Below are positions 24,801 to 38,740 of a stretch of 64,000 nucleotides of DNA, in pieces. A model generated the notes under the pieces. The model was given only the letters and a program-made list of their open reading frames with translations. It was not told the DNA's origin and ran no database searches. Within the stretch, counting starts at the first letter, position 1. Each line of letters opens with the position of its first letter. Source of the DNA: Paragordius varius (taxonomy: Eukaryota > Animalia > Nematomorpha); NCBI GenBank assembly GCA_964247055.1, contig OZ176054.1, positions 5,518,001 to 5,582,000 of the forward strand, given 5' to 3'. The position numbers and the translations under genes were made by a program.

Positions 24801-26509
24801 AAATTCGAAATTTGCATTCGCACCTTAAGGTCAAAAAGTACAATATATGAAAACGTATATTAACTAAATTTTATTTGTTTTAATATAGCATTAGGATAAT
24901 TCTAAACAAATATTATCAACAAAGATTTGACATTTTTTCGGAGGGTATTAGAAAGATTTCAAGAATATAAGCTAAAAAAATCGCGCTTTGGCGTCGAATT
25001 TGAATCTAAAAAATTTTGCGGTAATATTAAAATATATAAACTCTATGTGTAGAAATTATCCAATATATTGCCTTTAAAAAATTTAAGCCTATATAAAAAG
25101 ATTTTTCAATAATTTAAAGCTGAACCTGCTTATTTTTAGAAAAATTCCAATACATATTACAAATACTTTTTCCATACAATTTGATGCACAGAAAGGATCT
25201 ATCATCTCAGATTTTTAATTTAGGGAATTTTTTTACCAGAAAATCTTGATTATATTATTTTGGCGCCATTTTGACTTTTAATACCAGCTTTAGGGTATAA
25301 AAATTCCCTAAATCAAAAATCTAAAATGATGGATGAATCATTATTTCTGCATCGATTTTTATGGAAAAAATATTTGTAAATATATATGCAGCTTCCGCTT
25401 TGGTTCAATTAAAAAAAATCTTTTATATAAGGCTTAAAGTTTTAGGGTGATATATTAGATAAACTCTAGAGTTGATATATGATTGTTTTAATAAGAAAAC
25501 AAAATATTTTGCCGCATATTAACAAGTTTTTATGAATTAAATTTGACGATAAATTGCGATTTTAGCTTATATTCTTGTAAGTCTTTTTAGGACCCTCCAG
25601 AAAATAAAATCTTTAGTGATTATATTTTACGTTTAGAATTTAATATAATTCAATTGACGCGTTATTTGACTTAATGTGCGATAAAGATGCGATCTTTTAA
25701 TTTTAGCTAATAACTGAAAAATTTAAATAATTTTTTCTAGTATTTGAACCGCATGTATCATTTCCATATTCATTATTCTGAAGCTTTCTACTATCGAATA
25801 ATATATGATTCATTAATCTTTATTTTTTTCTGCGCACCATGTTTTGTTATTAAGACAAAACGCTAAAACTAAAAGACAAATATTTCTAAAAAGACTTTTA
25901 TACTTTTTTCACTTTAAGTTTTCACTGTAATTTAGCGTTTTAGGTTGCGAAATAAAGCAGAAAATTCAATTGAATATATTTGTGATCATTCAAATTATAA
26001 AGAAAAAAAATCAGAGTTTACAGAGATATTTAATAAAAAAATTAAATAGTGTTTTTTCTTTATGTTTTTATTTCTAAGCTTTTTAACAATTTGTTTTTAT
26101 ACATAATATTATTATTGGCAGGAATGCCGCTAAAACATTAATTAGTTTACGACGTTATAAATTGACTTCAACCAATAACCCCAAGAAAAAAATGAATGAA
26201 AATACTACAGAAATGATAAATAATGTTGTCTTTATACCACCACCGCTTGTCCGATCAGCTCGTTTAAGGGAAAAACGTAAACGTAGAATGGCAAATCAAA
26301 CCATTGCATCTGACGATGAGGAGGATTCATCAATGTTTGAGGGGGATATCACTTCAACTACGGTCTCTGAATGTGACACAATGTCTGATATAACTTCAAT
26401 TACTGGAGAGGACCACCAGAATAATCCTAACATCAACAGTAATAATGATAGGAATAATTTGGAAATTAGATGTGTCCCACCGCAATTCATGGGTATTTTT
26501 TTATGCTAA
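19445..26509 (+). CDS. BDP1: TFIIIB component B-double-prime homolog (Myb/SANT domain), 9 exons, about 448 aa
   Basis: Exons 19445-19681, 19707-19801, 19827-19888, 20130-20211, 20657-20787, 22846-23002, 24379-24500, 24561-24633, 26122-26509 (1347 nt). N-terminus MRRNKFTIKPNV; LTIKDLVFNNPSANPM; PRVKIGPDGNIILDTESL; SANT WSNAETKEFYRSL..FPNRQRIEIKNKYKREER. The last three exons are less certain; an in-frame stop at 23004-23006 would end the protein earlier if that intron is retained. Confidence 0.88.
21809..21837. repeat. (TA)n microsatellite
   Basis: About 14 uninterrupted TA units. Confidence 0.9.
23304..23991. mobile_element. Foldback-type MITE with 21-bp tandem arrays inside both terminal inverted repeats
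   Basis: Termini ATATACCATTTGC (23304-23316) and GCAAATGGTATAT (23979-23991). About 4-5 units of TTCAAGTTGGTCCTTGAACAC at 23319-23420 and 6-7 inverted units at 23836-23976. Confidence 0.8.
24890..25630. repeat. Diverged ~750-bp palindromic element (BDP1 intron)
   Basis: 24941-24985 pairs with 25556-25598 (CAAGAATATAAGCTAAAA / TTTTAGCTTATATTCTTG); 25213-25237 pairs with 25295-25322; centre near 25266. Confidence 0.7.
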
Positions 26510-26975
26510 CATTGAGTTTTAACAAATTTTAAAGTTTTTCTTTAATTGAAATTATATTGAGTTTTGTTAATCTATATGTTGTACAAAACAGGGACTCAGA
26601 TATGTTAATAGGGTCGCTAATTGTTGATTAGGGGATAAACAACAACAAAACTATGAAATTTATTTGCTAATATATATTTATATTATGTCATCAAATAAAA
26701 ACCACTTTTCTATATCAATAAAGTAGCTAGCTCTTTAATTTATAGTAAAATTAAATCTTTATATATACGGTATAGAGCAACCTAACGATTATGATTATCA
26801 AAATTCCTGTTACTCTAGTCAAGATATGATAATAAAAAATGAAAATATAATTATAACCGACGCCGGAAATTATATGAGGTACAAATTTTATAATATGTAT
26901 ATTTTTTATGTTGAAATTTAATTTTATACGATAATATCGTCAAATATTTGACACTATACAGTAAAAATTGATTTT

Positions 26976-27207
26976 ATACGGACAAAATGTAAAGATATCA
27001 AGACAATTTTTTTTCAATAGACAACCTTACTTATAACCCTATATATATTGTTAAAATCATGTATTACAATCGTAAACAATAGATTGTGTTAACAATTTAG
27101 ATCTTTATTATATACTTTGTAGTTTAAAACAATCGGTTAAAATTAGAAATCAAGATTTAAAAACTATGGTTTTCAGAAAAAACATTTGTCTTTTTACGTT
27201 TTTGTAT
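26976..27207. mobile_element. Member of a ~230-250-bp MITE family
   Basis: Imperfect TIR ATACGGACAAAA..GTAAA..AAGACAA; related copies at ~49670-49905, 60924-61177, 61411-61636 and 61938-62171. Confidence 0.6.
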
Positions 27208-28262
27208 AATTTCAATTTTTTCAAAAAAAAGTTTATTACATATTAGATAATCATTTTTTGGACTAAAATTAGATTTTAAGGTGTACCCTAGATTTATTTT
27301 AATAAAAATTTTACTGACCGTTGTATAACACCATGAAGTAACTTATCTTAAAATAGTTGACCCTTTTGAAACAAATTTTTCACTTGTAAATATTTATGTA
27401 AACTTTATCATTTAAAATAATCTATTGATATTCGAACAGAAAAAGGCTGATGTTGATATTTTATATTTTTGAATTTTTGATCGATTTCTTTCCGTAATAA
27501 TTAGGGGGACTGATTGCAATCGCTAAATAATACTCTTTATCTTTGCAAATATTAAAAGATAAAATGTAGTGATAGTACTGTCCAATTTTATCACAAAGCT
27601 TATTTTGGTTTAAATTGATATTATAAAAATATTGATTACATAAATAATTTTTGTATATTTTAGTTATGATGTGATACCCAATAATAGCTTTACCCAACCG
27701 GCATGCGAAATCGAAGTTGAAAGTGTTGATATCTCTTAATGCATACCATATTATTTAAATAAATTTATATGTATATTTCCCATAGATGTGATATAAAGGG
27801 CTCTGATAAATTGTTTAAACGAATTCTTATTTGGAAAATTAATATTGTGTGGGGTAGCGATTTCATAGGATTAAAATATAAAGAGCCAAAAATTTTAAAT
27901 ATAAAATAAAATATATAATATATAAATAACTAGAAATTAAGGTACAGTTTTGTTCAGGGGCCAGAATTTAAGACAACCTGAGTATGAAATTGTGATTAAT
28001 TTATTGTAAAAATTACCAAATTTTTAAGCTTATTCCTGCATGTTACACAATAAAACTTAAAATTGACATCTCAGGTTTGAAAATTATCCAATTGGATCAT
28101 TATTATTTTAATTTATGGATAAACAAATTATCCAAATTAATAATGATCATTATTTTTTTATTATGTTCATGCAAATTTTATTTACACGATTTTGTAAAAA
28201 ATTCTCTTGATAAAAAGTAGATAAGGCAAAAATGGGTTTAATGCAGCGTCGAACCATTGGAC

Positions 28263-28992
28263 CAGTGGTTCTCAACCTATTTTTGTCTCCCCACCAAATC
28301 GAAAACTAAAAGCCTTTACTAACAATACTGTAATTTAATTTTTAAATTAAATATTTTGGGATAGTTTTATACCTCATGGCCATTTTAAAAATATGCTTTC
28401 GTTAGCCTTTTAGACGCATGTAACAAAAATAATTCATAAAATATGCAAATCTGTAAAAACTCCTCACCTCAACTTTTTTCGCCTCCATTTTTTTAATCGC
28501 AGGTTCAACAGAAAAATAAATGTACATAATGGAAATTAACTTTCTCAAGCTTTGAAATCATAATTTACCAGCAATTTTTCGATATTTATTGTCAATATCA
28601 GCTGTTTACTTCGCTCGTGTTTTGGAACAATCCGAATTGGGGACGATAAAAAGTAAAAACTAACGTGGAAGTTTATTAAATCTATTACAAGAGGAGAGGG
28701 TTTACCCAAACAACTTTTAAAACATTACAATACTATAAAGGAGTGGTGTTTGTAGGCATCTAATTAATGGTAAATATAAACTCGTTGATTATTAATATAG
28801 TCTCGAGTAGTAAATTACAAACTGTCATCGCTACTAAAAAGAGTGATAGATGTAATTAATTGTTAAATAGACCAATTATCAAATAATAATAAACATTACG
28901 TTTATAAACATTAATTAAAGTCTTCAAATTTTCGTGCCACTATATTTTTCCACGCCTCTTTGGGGGGTGTTACCCCCTTTTGGGAACCACTG
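28263..28992. mobile_element. Non-autonomous hAT (Charlie-type) element, 730 bp
   Basis: TIRs CAGTGGTTCTCAA / TTGGGAACCACTG; flanking 8-mers CATTGGAC and CATTCAAC (6/8 match, decayed TSD). Confidence 0.72.
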
Positions 28993-30338
28993 CATTCAAC
29001 GATTCTTAACTAGTATTTTGAGATAAATATTTTTTGTGCTGTAGCGGATTGCTTTTTTGTTAATATACGATAAGTATCGCCATTGATATAGCCAAAAATT
29101 AAGTTTTAATTTCAATCAGTTGCTTTCGTTTGGGATATATTACTGAAAAATTTGAACCGTTATATTATAATCTTTTAAAAGCTTTGTCGCATATTAATCA
29201 ACTTTAGCCAGTCACATGTCGTGCGGCCCGAATTGTAAGTTAAACAAATTTAGTTCGATAATTGTGATGCATTATACTAAAAGTTAATATGAATTTAGTT
29301 TTAGACATTTATAAAAGATATATTAAGCATGGTAAATATAATCCTAGATAGCTTTTTAGAGTTGGTCCATTTCCACACCTGGTCAAACTAATGGCTAATT
29401 TAAAAAAGGGTGATAATTTACGCAAACACAAATGAAATGTTTTCCGAATTAATTCACATTGGCCAATATTTTTTTCACAAAATTTACTATTTGTATATTG
29501 ATGTATTTGTGCACCCTATTTCATCGCTGCGCTCACATAGTCCACATGATGAGGCGAGAATGCTAAAAAAATTCTTAACATATTCTTAAAGATGTTTCTC
29601 ATTACACTCATTTATATATCAATGTTGGTTTCGAACAATTTTCGTGACCAATGAAAGGCCATTTGTATAAAGTAATTCAAAAAATAATTATTGGCGTATT
29701 TTTATGATGGTTGTTAGTAAAGTCGAATTTATTGACAACTACAAACCATAATCACATAAAAAATATAATTAATACAAAATAAAAATATGATTGAAAGTCA
29801 CATAATACTGGTGTTTTGAATATACAAAAAATTTACAGATGCAGGTAAATAATTTTAACCCAAACTATGTATCATGATATAATATTAATAAATGAATCTA
29901 ACAATAAAAACATAATACAATATTAATAGTAAATAAAATACATGTAAAATAATTTGGGCTCAAAAATAGTTACAAATTTTTTGAGCATTTTTAGATAAAG
30001 TTTAATTGCCTTTTGTGAGTATATCTGTCATTAATATATGAGTATGCATAGTGTGGAAAATTCCCTGAGAAGCACCTTGAGATTATAATTTTTAAATATT
30101 TGGCAATACTTATCAAGACCAGAATCCATGTTAAATGCGGTTTTCATTAATCCTGACCAAATATATATTTATATTATGTAAAATGCATTTTAAAATTGTG
30201 AAATACAAGTAATAATATTTTGCATTGCGAACGGTAGCTCTTACATGGTTCTTAATATTTTATGGTAGATAAATAGTTATAGAATTGTAGATAAATAATA
30301 TTTTCCAAAAAATCCAGATTTTTAGCCTAAAGAAATAA

Positions 30339-33300
30339 TTAATTGCATGTTGATGGATCTGTGTCAATGGCAGATTCTATATTCAACGTACTGTTGCCCA
30401 TTTCTGTCGCCATTTGATTTGTTTTAATTTTGATAGGTAACTTTGCTTTTCTACGGTTGCCACCAAAACTCGATATTACACTATTGTTTGCAGTGGACAT
30501 ATTTTGATTGCTAGATTGAGATAGTACCAACTTTTGTAAATAACTATCAGGATCGGATTGTCCAGGCATATCATTACACAAACTTTCAACCGATACATTA
30601 TTCACATTCATTTTGCTATCATTAGGCTTTGTTCGACTATTATTACCATTAGAATTATTGTTGGTTCTTTTAGTCTTTCCGTTGATTGCGCAATTTTGAA
30701 CAGTTTTTAATATCTTAGCTGGATTGCTGACCTGACCATTTGTCAACCCATTGACATTTGATTTAGCAAATGTGCGCTTTTCAACACCATATTTCATGGT
30801 TTCCTCCATATAATTACCATTACTGTTAGAATTTAAAAGATTATTATTATTGCAAACACTATTATCAAGTAAACTATTAGCAGACGATCCGTTAGATGAG
30901 TTTGGATGTGTTGATTTATTCTGTGCACTATTAATGGCCCCATTAATATAGTCTTGTAAAACATATTGTTTAAAAGTGGATGCATCAAAGCCTGATGGCG
31001 AGCAAGGTGTCTCAGACATCATAGAAGAAAGCATCCGAGATTGATTGAATTTGTTAAAGTACAGCTTGAGTTTGGCTTCGGGTATTTTAAAATATTTTGA
31101 GGCGCCTTTGATATCAGTGTAATTATAAGCCAACGAGAATATAGCAGCTAACAGAGATTCATTATCAATGGGTTTAGTCCGATCATTTTCGCCATTTTGA
31201 TTATTAATGTTTGATGCAACTCGTCTTTGATTGGATGATGATCTAGAATTCGTTTGAATTTTTTCCCCAAAACGTTTGATGTCACCATTATTATTAGGTG
31301 TTTCAACTTTGACGGCAGGTGATGCCCTATTCAAAGTATTTCCATTTATTCGTGGATATTGGTTTGTAACATATTTTTGATTGAACGTGTCGATAGGGGG
31401 ATCGTTTAAAATTTGAGACCATGCCTCTTCATTTATTTTCTCCCCGTCGCTTTTGTAAATGGCATTCAATTTTTGGCAAATTATGGCTGACGTTTTTTGT
31501 ATGTTTGTCAGCAAAGATGTTGGTGACGAATCACCATTTATTGTATTCCCATTGTACATCGAATTGTCGCATATATTAGCACTTGAATCATTGATGTTGT
31601 AAGCTAAAAACATTTGATTATGTATGAAAAGATGGTGCAAAAGTTGATTTTTATCCTTCATAATTTTTCCACACAAAGCACAAATGTATTCGGGATATGT
31701 AACGGGGGAATCTTCTTCGGTCAAATTATTCCTAGAAAATTTCATGTAATCCAAATCAGCCAAATTTGTGAAAGAATGGCCATTAGAAGTGGTCAAACCA
31801 TTACTTCCATTTGTATGTACTTCATTTTGATTATTGTTAAAGCCAAAATTGTAATTAGCTCCTAGCATTGCTTTTCCATTTGTCAAAAAATTGCGCAAAG
31901 TTTCGGATTCTAAGGAAAGCAAAATAATAGTTTTAATTATGGAACTGACGTAGTAAATAATGGGTACAATATAAAAAATGTGGATAGTTTATTAATTTTT
32001 TTTATCAAATTTTATGCAACCTTTAATATTTTTGTTAATTAATTAAAACTATATCCTACCATGAAAATTTATATCGTTAATTGCTGGTGGCACGTGTATC
32101 CCATTCTAAAATATGTGTAAAATAAATGTATTAATATTATATTTTTCACTAAAACATTATTAATTTATGAAAGAAATAATTCGACAAACCGATTTAGAGC
32201 CGTTCATTTGAGATCCACTTAGTTTATTAGTTACATTTGTAGACAAAACCAATTTTTTCTCAGCTGGTGTGGATTGTGTAGGTGGAGGAGCTAAGATGGA
32301 ATCGCCATGTTCTGAAGCGTTAAGAGGAGGCGAAGGCGAGATTGTAGCCGGACTTTTACTACTTCCTTCATTTTCAAGAGGTTGGGGTGATTTGCTTGGG
32401 ATGTCTGTCGAAATATCATCATTTTCGTTCCCCGAATTCGGTAGCAATTTTTTGTGCGTAGACATGTGTTCCTTCCATTCGATTTTATACCTAATATTAT
32501 GATTTTATAATTTTTACGTTGACAGACCTGTCTCAAATTTATAACTATGTGGGGCGAAACACTTTTAAAATTAATCTATTAAATATCGGCAGATATAATA
32601 TGCAACAGGGGTGTATTATTGGCTAACGGTCATTTTTATCACTTTTTCCTAAATTAGCCAATATTAAAGCCCTTTGCTGTATTTGCTGTATATGGCAATA
32701 TTTAAACTCAATATACTCATATTTAATTGGTTTTTGTTTATGCAATTGAAAATTTAGCAAAATTATTTTTTCCACGTTTTCATTAAAATGTTCATGAGTT
32801 TTAAATTATAATTAGTAATTATTTATAATATAATGAGATACCTCAAGTCCTTTTGACAAAAAATGCACCAATATTGCTTAGGCCGTAGATGGTGATGCAA
32901 TGTACTTCGCGGAACTTTAAAAAATTTGGCCGCTTGTTCTCCACTCATTTTTGCTGTCTGTACAGCTTCCAAAGCTCTTTTTAATTGATCTCGGGTATAA
33001 GTTTTGTAATAGCCACGTTTATGAGCTGAACCCTAGATTTAAACAAAATGTTTTTTTTTGTTAAACAAATTTACACAAATGAATACTTAGGCAAATATGC
33101 ATCTTCATATTTACAAAATCTTAAACCCTCTCAATTAAGTTAAGTCTTTTTTCCAATTTTAGCCTTACTGCAAAATAAGAACAAAATTACAACTAATATT
33201 ACATTATTAAAATTTATAAAAAATATAGGTCAGCCCGGAGACAATTTTTTGGCTCATATTAAATAAGGCCCAGGATGTAAAAGAGATAAACCGATAGGTT

Positions 33301-33854
33301 TCCGATTTTTTTAAATGCTTTTAGTGGTCAGGATAATTACATTTTTATCTAATAAACCATGGCAAGTCTTTATAGGTAAAGAAATAAAAATATCACAAAT
33401 ATTAGAATACCTGTCCATCGTCATTTCCATTTAGATTATCACCATTAAACTTAGTTTGATCGTTATATTGCGAATCCGAAAAATCCATATTTGACGCTCC
33501 TCCGTTAGTCGAATTATTTCCAACTGTATCAACACCGTTATCATTATCATTATTGCTGTTGTTTATAAAGTTATTAGATACCGAGGATGGCATTAACAAA
33601 ATATTTTTAATCAATGGATTCGAATCAATAAAATCATTAAAATCCATTATGGGCGGTTTTTTGGATTGAGAAAACTCTGATTTCCAAGGCAATCGTCCAT
33701 TAGGCAAATGTTCGGAACTACCATTTGTACCGTTTGTAACATTAGATGTGCCCTCGGTGATATTTGATTTTGGCGATATCACTTCTTTTGACATTTTTGA
33801 TTTAAGCCCGGAATCAATGGGTTTTATATCCTTCAGCGGTTGATCGATTTCCAT
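30339..33854 (-). CDS. Pipsqueak-type HTH plus C2H2 zinc-finger transcription factor, 5 exons, about 850 aa
   Basis: Exons 33854-33411, 33032-32842, 32490-32190, 32105-32060, 31909-30339 (2553 nt). Psq HTH RGYYKTYTRDQLKRALEAVQTAKMSGEQAAKFFKVPRSTLHHHL; C2H2 CIFC-x12-HMSTH (split by an intron) and CALC-x12-HLFIH; second degenerate HTH (GASKYFKIPEAKLKLYF); N/S-rich linkers. Extra 5' exons cannot be excluded. Confidence 0.85.
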
Positions 33855-36813
33855 TGCTCTTGGGTAGCAAATTTTTTAAGCACGTAAATTAGGAAAAAAT
33901 AAAAATGCTTCTTTTTAAACAATTAGTTTAGTAAAGTAAAATAGAACATGTTCAAAAATACATTTTAAAATATGGACAATTATGGTTTGAATGATAAACA
34001 GGAAGATGTTAGAAAAAAGACAGTAGAATTCAATAATATAAATCCCGGTATAAATTGTTTAAGATAATTATTGTGCGAATTTAATAAATTTAGATTATAT
34101 TAATATCTATGAAAAGAGATAAAACAAAATTACTTTTTTGCAAATAAAAAACAAAAAAATGTCAAGAGGTTTTTATATTTTAATTTTTTAAATTGTGGTT
34201 CACAGTAAAAACAACACAATTAATAAATTTGAAAGGTAGCGCGAAATAACAAAATATGATATGCTTTTTTTAAGTTTGGAATAAATTAATCGATTGAGGT
34301 AAATTCGAGATATTTATCTGTGTTAAAGTATATATAAGTTTAAATTTAAAGCATGATAAAAATATATATAAATGTACGTACATATAATAAAAATTGTCGA
34401 AAAATGCACAAACCATAAACAAATCAATTAGAAGAGAAAAAGATTAATATACTATATGTGTACACACTGTGTGCAGTGTTGGACAGGGTCTCTTAATATT
34501 TAGTTTTTTTTGCTTAATCATACCCCCTTTCATCATCACACATAAAATTATAATTAAAAATTTCCATCTTTTTTTAGAATTTACGCAGCACAAATATTGA
34601 TAAAAAATAGTAGAGGGGATAATAATTCAAATATATTTTTACATTTTTATAAAAATTTGTATACTCTATTTACATTTTGTACATAATAATAAATATTTTT
34701 TAAATTTTACTACAAAACAGCAAAAGTCTGTGGCTTTTTTGCTGTATGCGTGGTGTTAGGTTTTTACATATTATGCGCATACACAGTAGCGTATGCTAAA
34801 AAACAACAAATGGTTTCTATTAAACATTATACTTCCCCATATTTTTACATTAATTTTGTTTATTGAATTATGGCCAGACTTCTTTTACATCATGCGCGCT
34901 ACTGTAAGCCTACAAAAAGTACAATGATAAATAGAAAGGGATATTTTACGATTTTTTTTTCGTTGTTTACAAAAAAATATTTATGGAAAAAAACGAAAAA
35001 AATATATAGAAAAAATTTAAAAAAGATTAAACCACATAAATTTTATTAAAGCGCCTATATGCAACAATTTAGAAACATATTCAGGCGTAATGCAAAATAT
35101 TTTTAACTGTATAAAAGGATATTTTGACCACTCAAAAATTATTGATTGCTTTTTTAAATTATATTTTTATCGTAAATGCATTTTATTAGTTTAGATATAT
35201 CTTTAAATCTTGATTTATTTTTTTCTATGTTCTTTATCTAAAAAGTTGCTGTGTGTTGTAAAAATATTTTTATATTGGAAATAATTTTTTGTATATATAT
35301 ATATATAACATCTTTAATTTATCAATTTATACCATTATATATTATATATTCATTTAATTTATGGGATGATGTATGAAATCAAATTATAGAGATAACGAAA
35401 AAAAGAAGAGGGGTTTTCAAAAATTTTGTATTATCCATACTGAAGCCAGAGATCAAATATCTATTTTTGATATGGTGCGCAATTTAAATAAAATTTTATT
35501 TAAGATATACACAAACATATATATTGGTAAAATATGTACTTATTTTTTTGTTAATTTTCAAATCAATAGCCAACTATAAGAGAAAAAATATTCTTCTGTT
35601 ATATGAAATAATGTGATGTGATTTATGTTTAAAATAAAAAAGTACGAAATGAGTTTACAATAATTAGACTCCAATCAAAAATGTTTTAAACCTCTTAACC
35701 TGTTAGAATAATGTATATTAAAAATCAAAATTTTCAAATCCAAGGCAAAAGAAATTTGGGTAGTTAAGAGTGTAAATTCGTGAAAATTATTAAGCATTTT
35801 GTTTTACGTTTTACTGTAAAAAATTTGTTTGATCAATTGAAATTCAACCAAATCACTAATCATTAATTCAGGGGGTATCCAACACAAACTTTGGAGGCTG
35901 CAGTTTTGCATCAAAATATAATGGGCATTAATACACATTTTGTTAAATTTCAAACATAAAATACAAAAAATACTGTAAATTTCCAGTTTATTGCCGAAAT
36001 TTGGAAACACTTACTCAGAAAATTTGTTTACTAAAATCAATTTTATTTAAATTTCGCAAAATTTTCTATTTGAAATTTCTTGTGGGCCGCCAAAATATTT
36101 TGCAAAAACGCGTTTTGAAAACCTCTGCTTTTCAATTTTAAAAGATTTTTAAAATTTACATTTGTAAATAGGGTTTTATTCGTCTATAAAAACTTTTTTA
36201 AAATTAAGGGGGCAATAAGACAATATCATACATTTACATCTCTATTAACAGATATTTTTTAATATGAGTCAGAAATTACCAAAAAAATATTTTTAACTAG
36301 ACTAAAAGTTTATCAACTTGATTAGAAAAATATGAAATAAATTAATTTTTGCATTCCCATGTTCCCTTATTTACCTATTTTAAATTTTTATACTACTAAT
36401 AGATATATTTTGTCAACCTAATTTATTTCACTTGTTCGCTTATATATATGAGAAAAAAATCATTAATTTAAATTTGTGTAAAATGAAAAAAAAGTAATTA
36501 GCATAATTTTATTGAAAAAATTGTAATAAAAAGGTTTACAAAACTCATTTTTTTGTGGAACATTTGAGAAAAAAAATGAAAATTTTAAAATGTTTAACTT
36601 TTAAAGAGTTGCGCGATCTCTGAAATTAATTCCATTTTGTTGGTTATCTCTACTATTTTCTCACACATTATTTTTTCAAGTTCCCTTATCTTTTTTTATT
36701 TCACTCAAAAAAACCTGCTAAATTGCTAACAATTTTTTTATTTTCCTAGGAAGATATATGAACAAGGAAGCAAGATAACTTTAAGCTGACAACCAATGGA
36801 TTAATTTTTTTTC

Positions 36814-36839
36814 ATATATATATATATATATATATATAT
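36814..36839. repeat. (AT)n microsatellite
   Basis: Pure AT run. Confidence 0.85.
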
Positions 36840-38698
36840 TTCATAATTTTATAGTTAAAAGATTTGGTATCAATAAAATATAATACCATAAATTGTTTTC
36901 TAAAGAAATGTATTGAAAAAAACAATAATTTTAATTTTTAAATATAGTTTTTAAAAATATTTTTGTATTATAAAATAAAATATTTATCTGCTTGCCTGCG
37001 CGTTTGCCTACCTACCTTTTTACCTAACTTTCAAAAAAAAGAAGATATTCATTTTAAACTTTTTTTATATATGTTAATTATGCAACAAATTCTTGCCTAT
37101 TTTGTTTGATTCGTGATAAAATAGATAAAACAATTTAAAAAATATATATATATTAGAAAAGAGAGATATGCGTAATATTTATTCAAAAGCTCAATTACAC
37201 CTGAAAATTTATTTTCAAACTCTCTCTAATATTATGTATTATTTTTTTAATATTCTTATCAACACCACTTAAACCATTAAATATATTATACAACACAATT
37301 TACAAATAAAGTAAGAAATTAATGGTTTTTTTGACACAACACTACAATATATCTGTTTTTTTTAAAAAATATAGTTTGGTATAATTGTTTACACTTGTTT
37401 AATTTTAATAAAAAATGAAACTTGCGTTGAGAAATCGCCATAGCTAATACATAATCATAAGGCTTATATATTAAAATTTTAGTCAATGTCCATTATTTTT
37501 TTCTATAATAATTAGCGATTTACGAATGATTTTGCTTAAGACCAGAGGGGAGTCTTGTTTTAAGGCTGTTAGTATTTAGCTCTGTTTTATGATCCACAAA
37601 CTTTCATTAACAGTAAAAAAGTATGTTACTAAAAAATTTACAAATTTATTTTTCAAATTTTAAGGTAATCTTATAATATATATATTGTCAGATAATATTT
37701 CCATTTTATCTACAATACACCTAAACGAAAAAAATAGTTTTAAAAAATTTAATATAAAAATATTTTTTTATCGAGCGCACATCGAACTCACAGAAAATTA
37801 AAATTAATTTGCATATTTTTAGCAAGTAGATATGAAGAGGAAGATATATACCAGGTAATAAACTAAGAAAAAAAATTAAACTTTTAATATGTCTTGTCTT
37901 TTAAGTATAAAAAAATAAATAAAATTTATTTATTTTTTTGATTAATAATTTTTTTTCCATAAAATAGGAGGAAAATCGATCACAGATAAAAAACCCTGGT
38001 AATTACATATTTTTTAAATGCTGTACATTATATTCATTTGTTATTCAATATAATAAATTTTGAAAAATTAGATAGGGGGTTTCTTTCATAATTGGTTTAA
38101 GATTTAAAAAATGGTTTACATTTAAATATTTATTTAATTAATATCATGCCTAACATAAACTTTAAAAGAAAGTAAAATATTAATATATATTAACCCCAAT
38201 TTCATATATATTTTTTGGAAAACATGATTGTTTTAATGGAAATTACCGAAAAAAATGACACCACTAAAATACGGGCTGCTTGAAATTAAATAAATTACTC
38301 TCATAATAAAAAAGACAAAGGTGTAGCTAGAGCGATAAAGGGGGGGCTAGTGTACCAAAAATTTTAATTTTATATAGAAAAAATAGGAACTTTAAAGGTA
38401 TTATTTTAAATAATATAAAGTAAATAACCCATTTATGAGTTGAATTTCAATATTTTTTTTAATGCAAGGGATCGCATAGAGGGGGAGGCGGCGTATCACG
38501 GATTCGTGCACCGGGCGTCAGAAATGCAAGCTATGCTTCTGGTCAAAGGTCTAAAAATGTTTATTTTGAAATGTCTTAAGTTTAATATATTCAAATAAGA
38601 TTGAATGAAACTGTTGTTATGGACTCAAACCATTGCTAAGAGCGATACCAGGGGCACTAACGGTTCCAAAAAATTTTTTTTTCCAATTTTTTTTCTCA

Positions 38699-38702
<4 letters not shown>

Positions 38703-38736
<34 letters not shown>
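38703..38736. repeat. (AT)n microsatellite
   Basis: About 17 AT units. Confidence 0.9.

Positions 38737-38740
<4 letters not shown>

Noticed and set aside
19445-26509. BDP1 is much shorter than human BDP1
   Set aside because: The long C-terminal repeat region is a vertebrate feature, so a short BDP1 is unremarkable, and the 3' end of this model is uncertain.
36740-37860. Possible non-coding 5' exons (acceptor near 36749, donor CAG|GTAATA near 37855)
   Set aside because: Splice-like dinucleotides are common in AT-rich DNA and there is no coding constraint to test them.
38316-38545. Degenerate hAT MITE-like segment related to 60021-60892
   Set aside because: Ends are too decayed and no TSD was found, so it is not listed as a feature.
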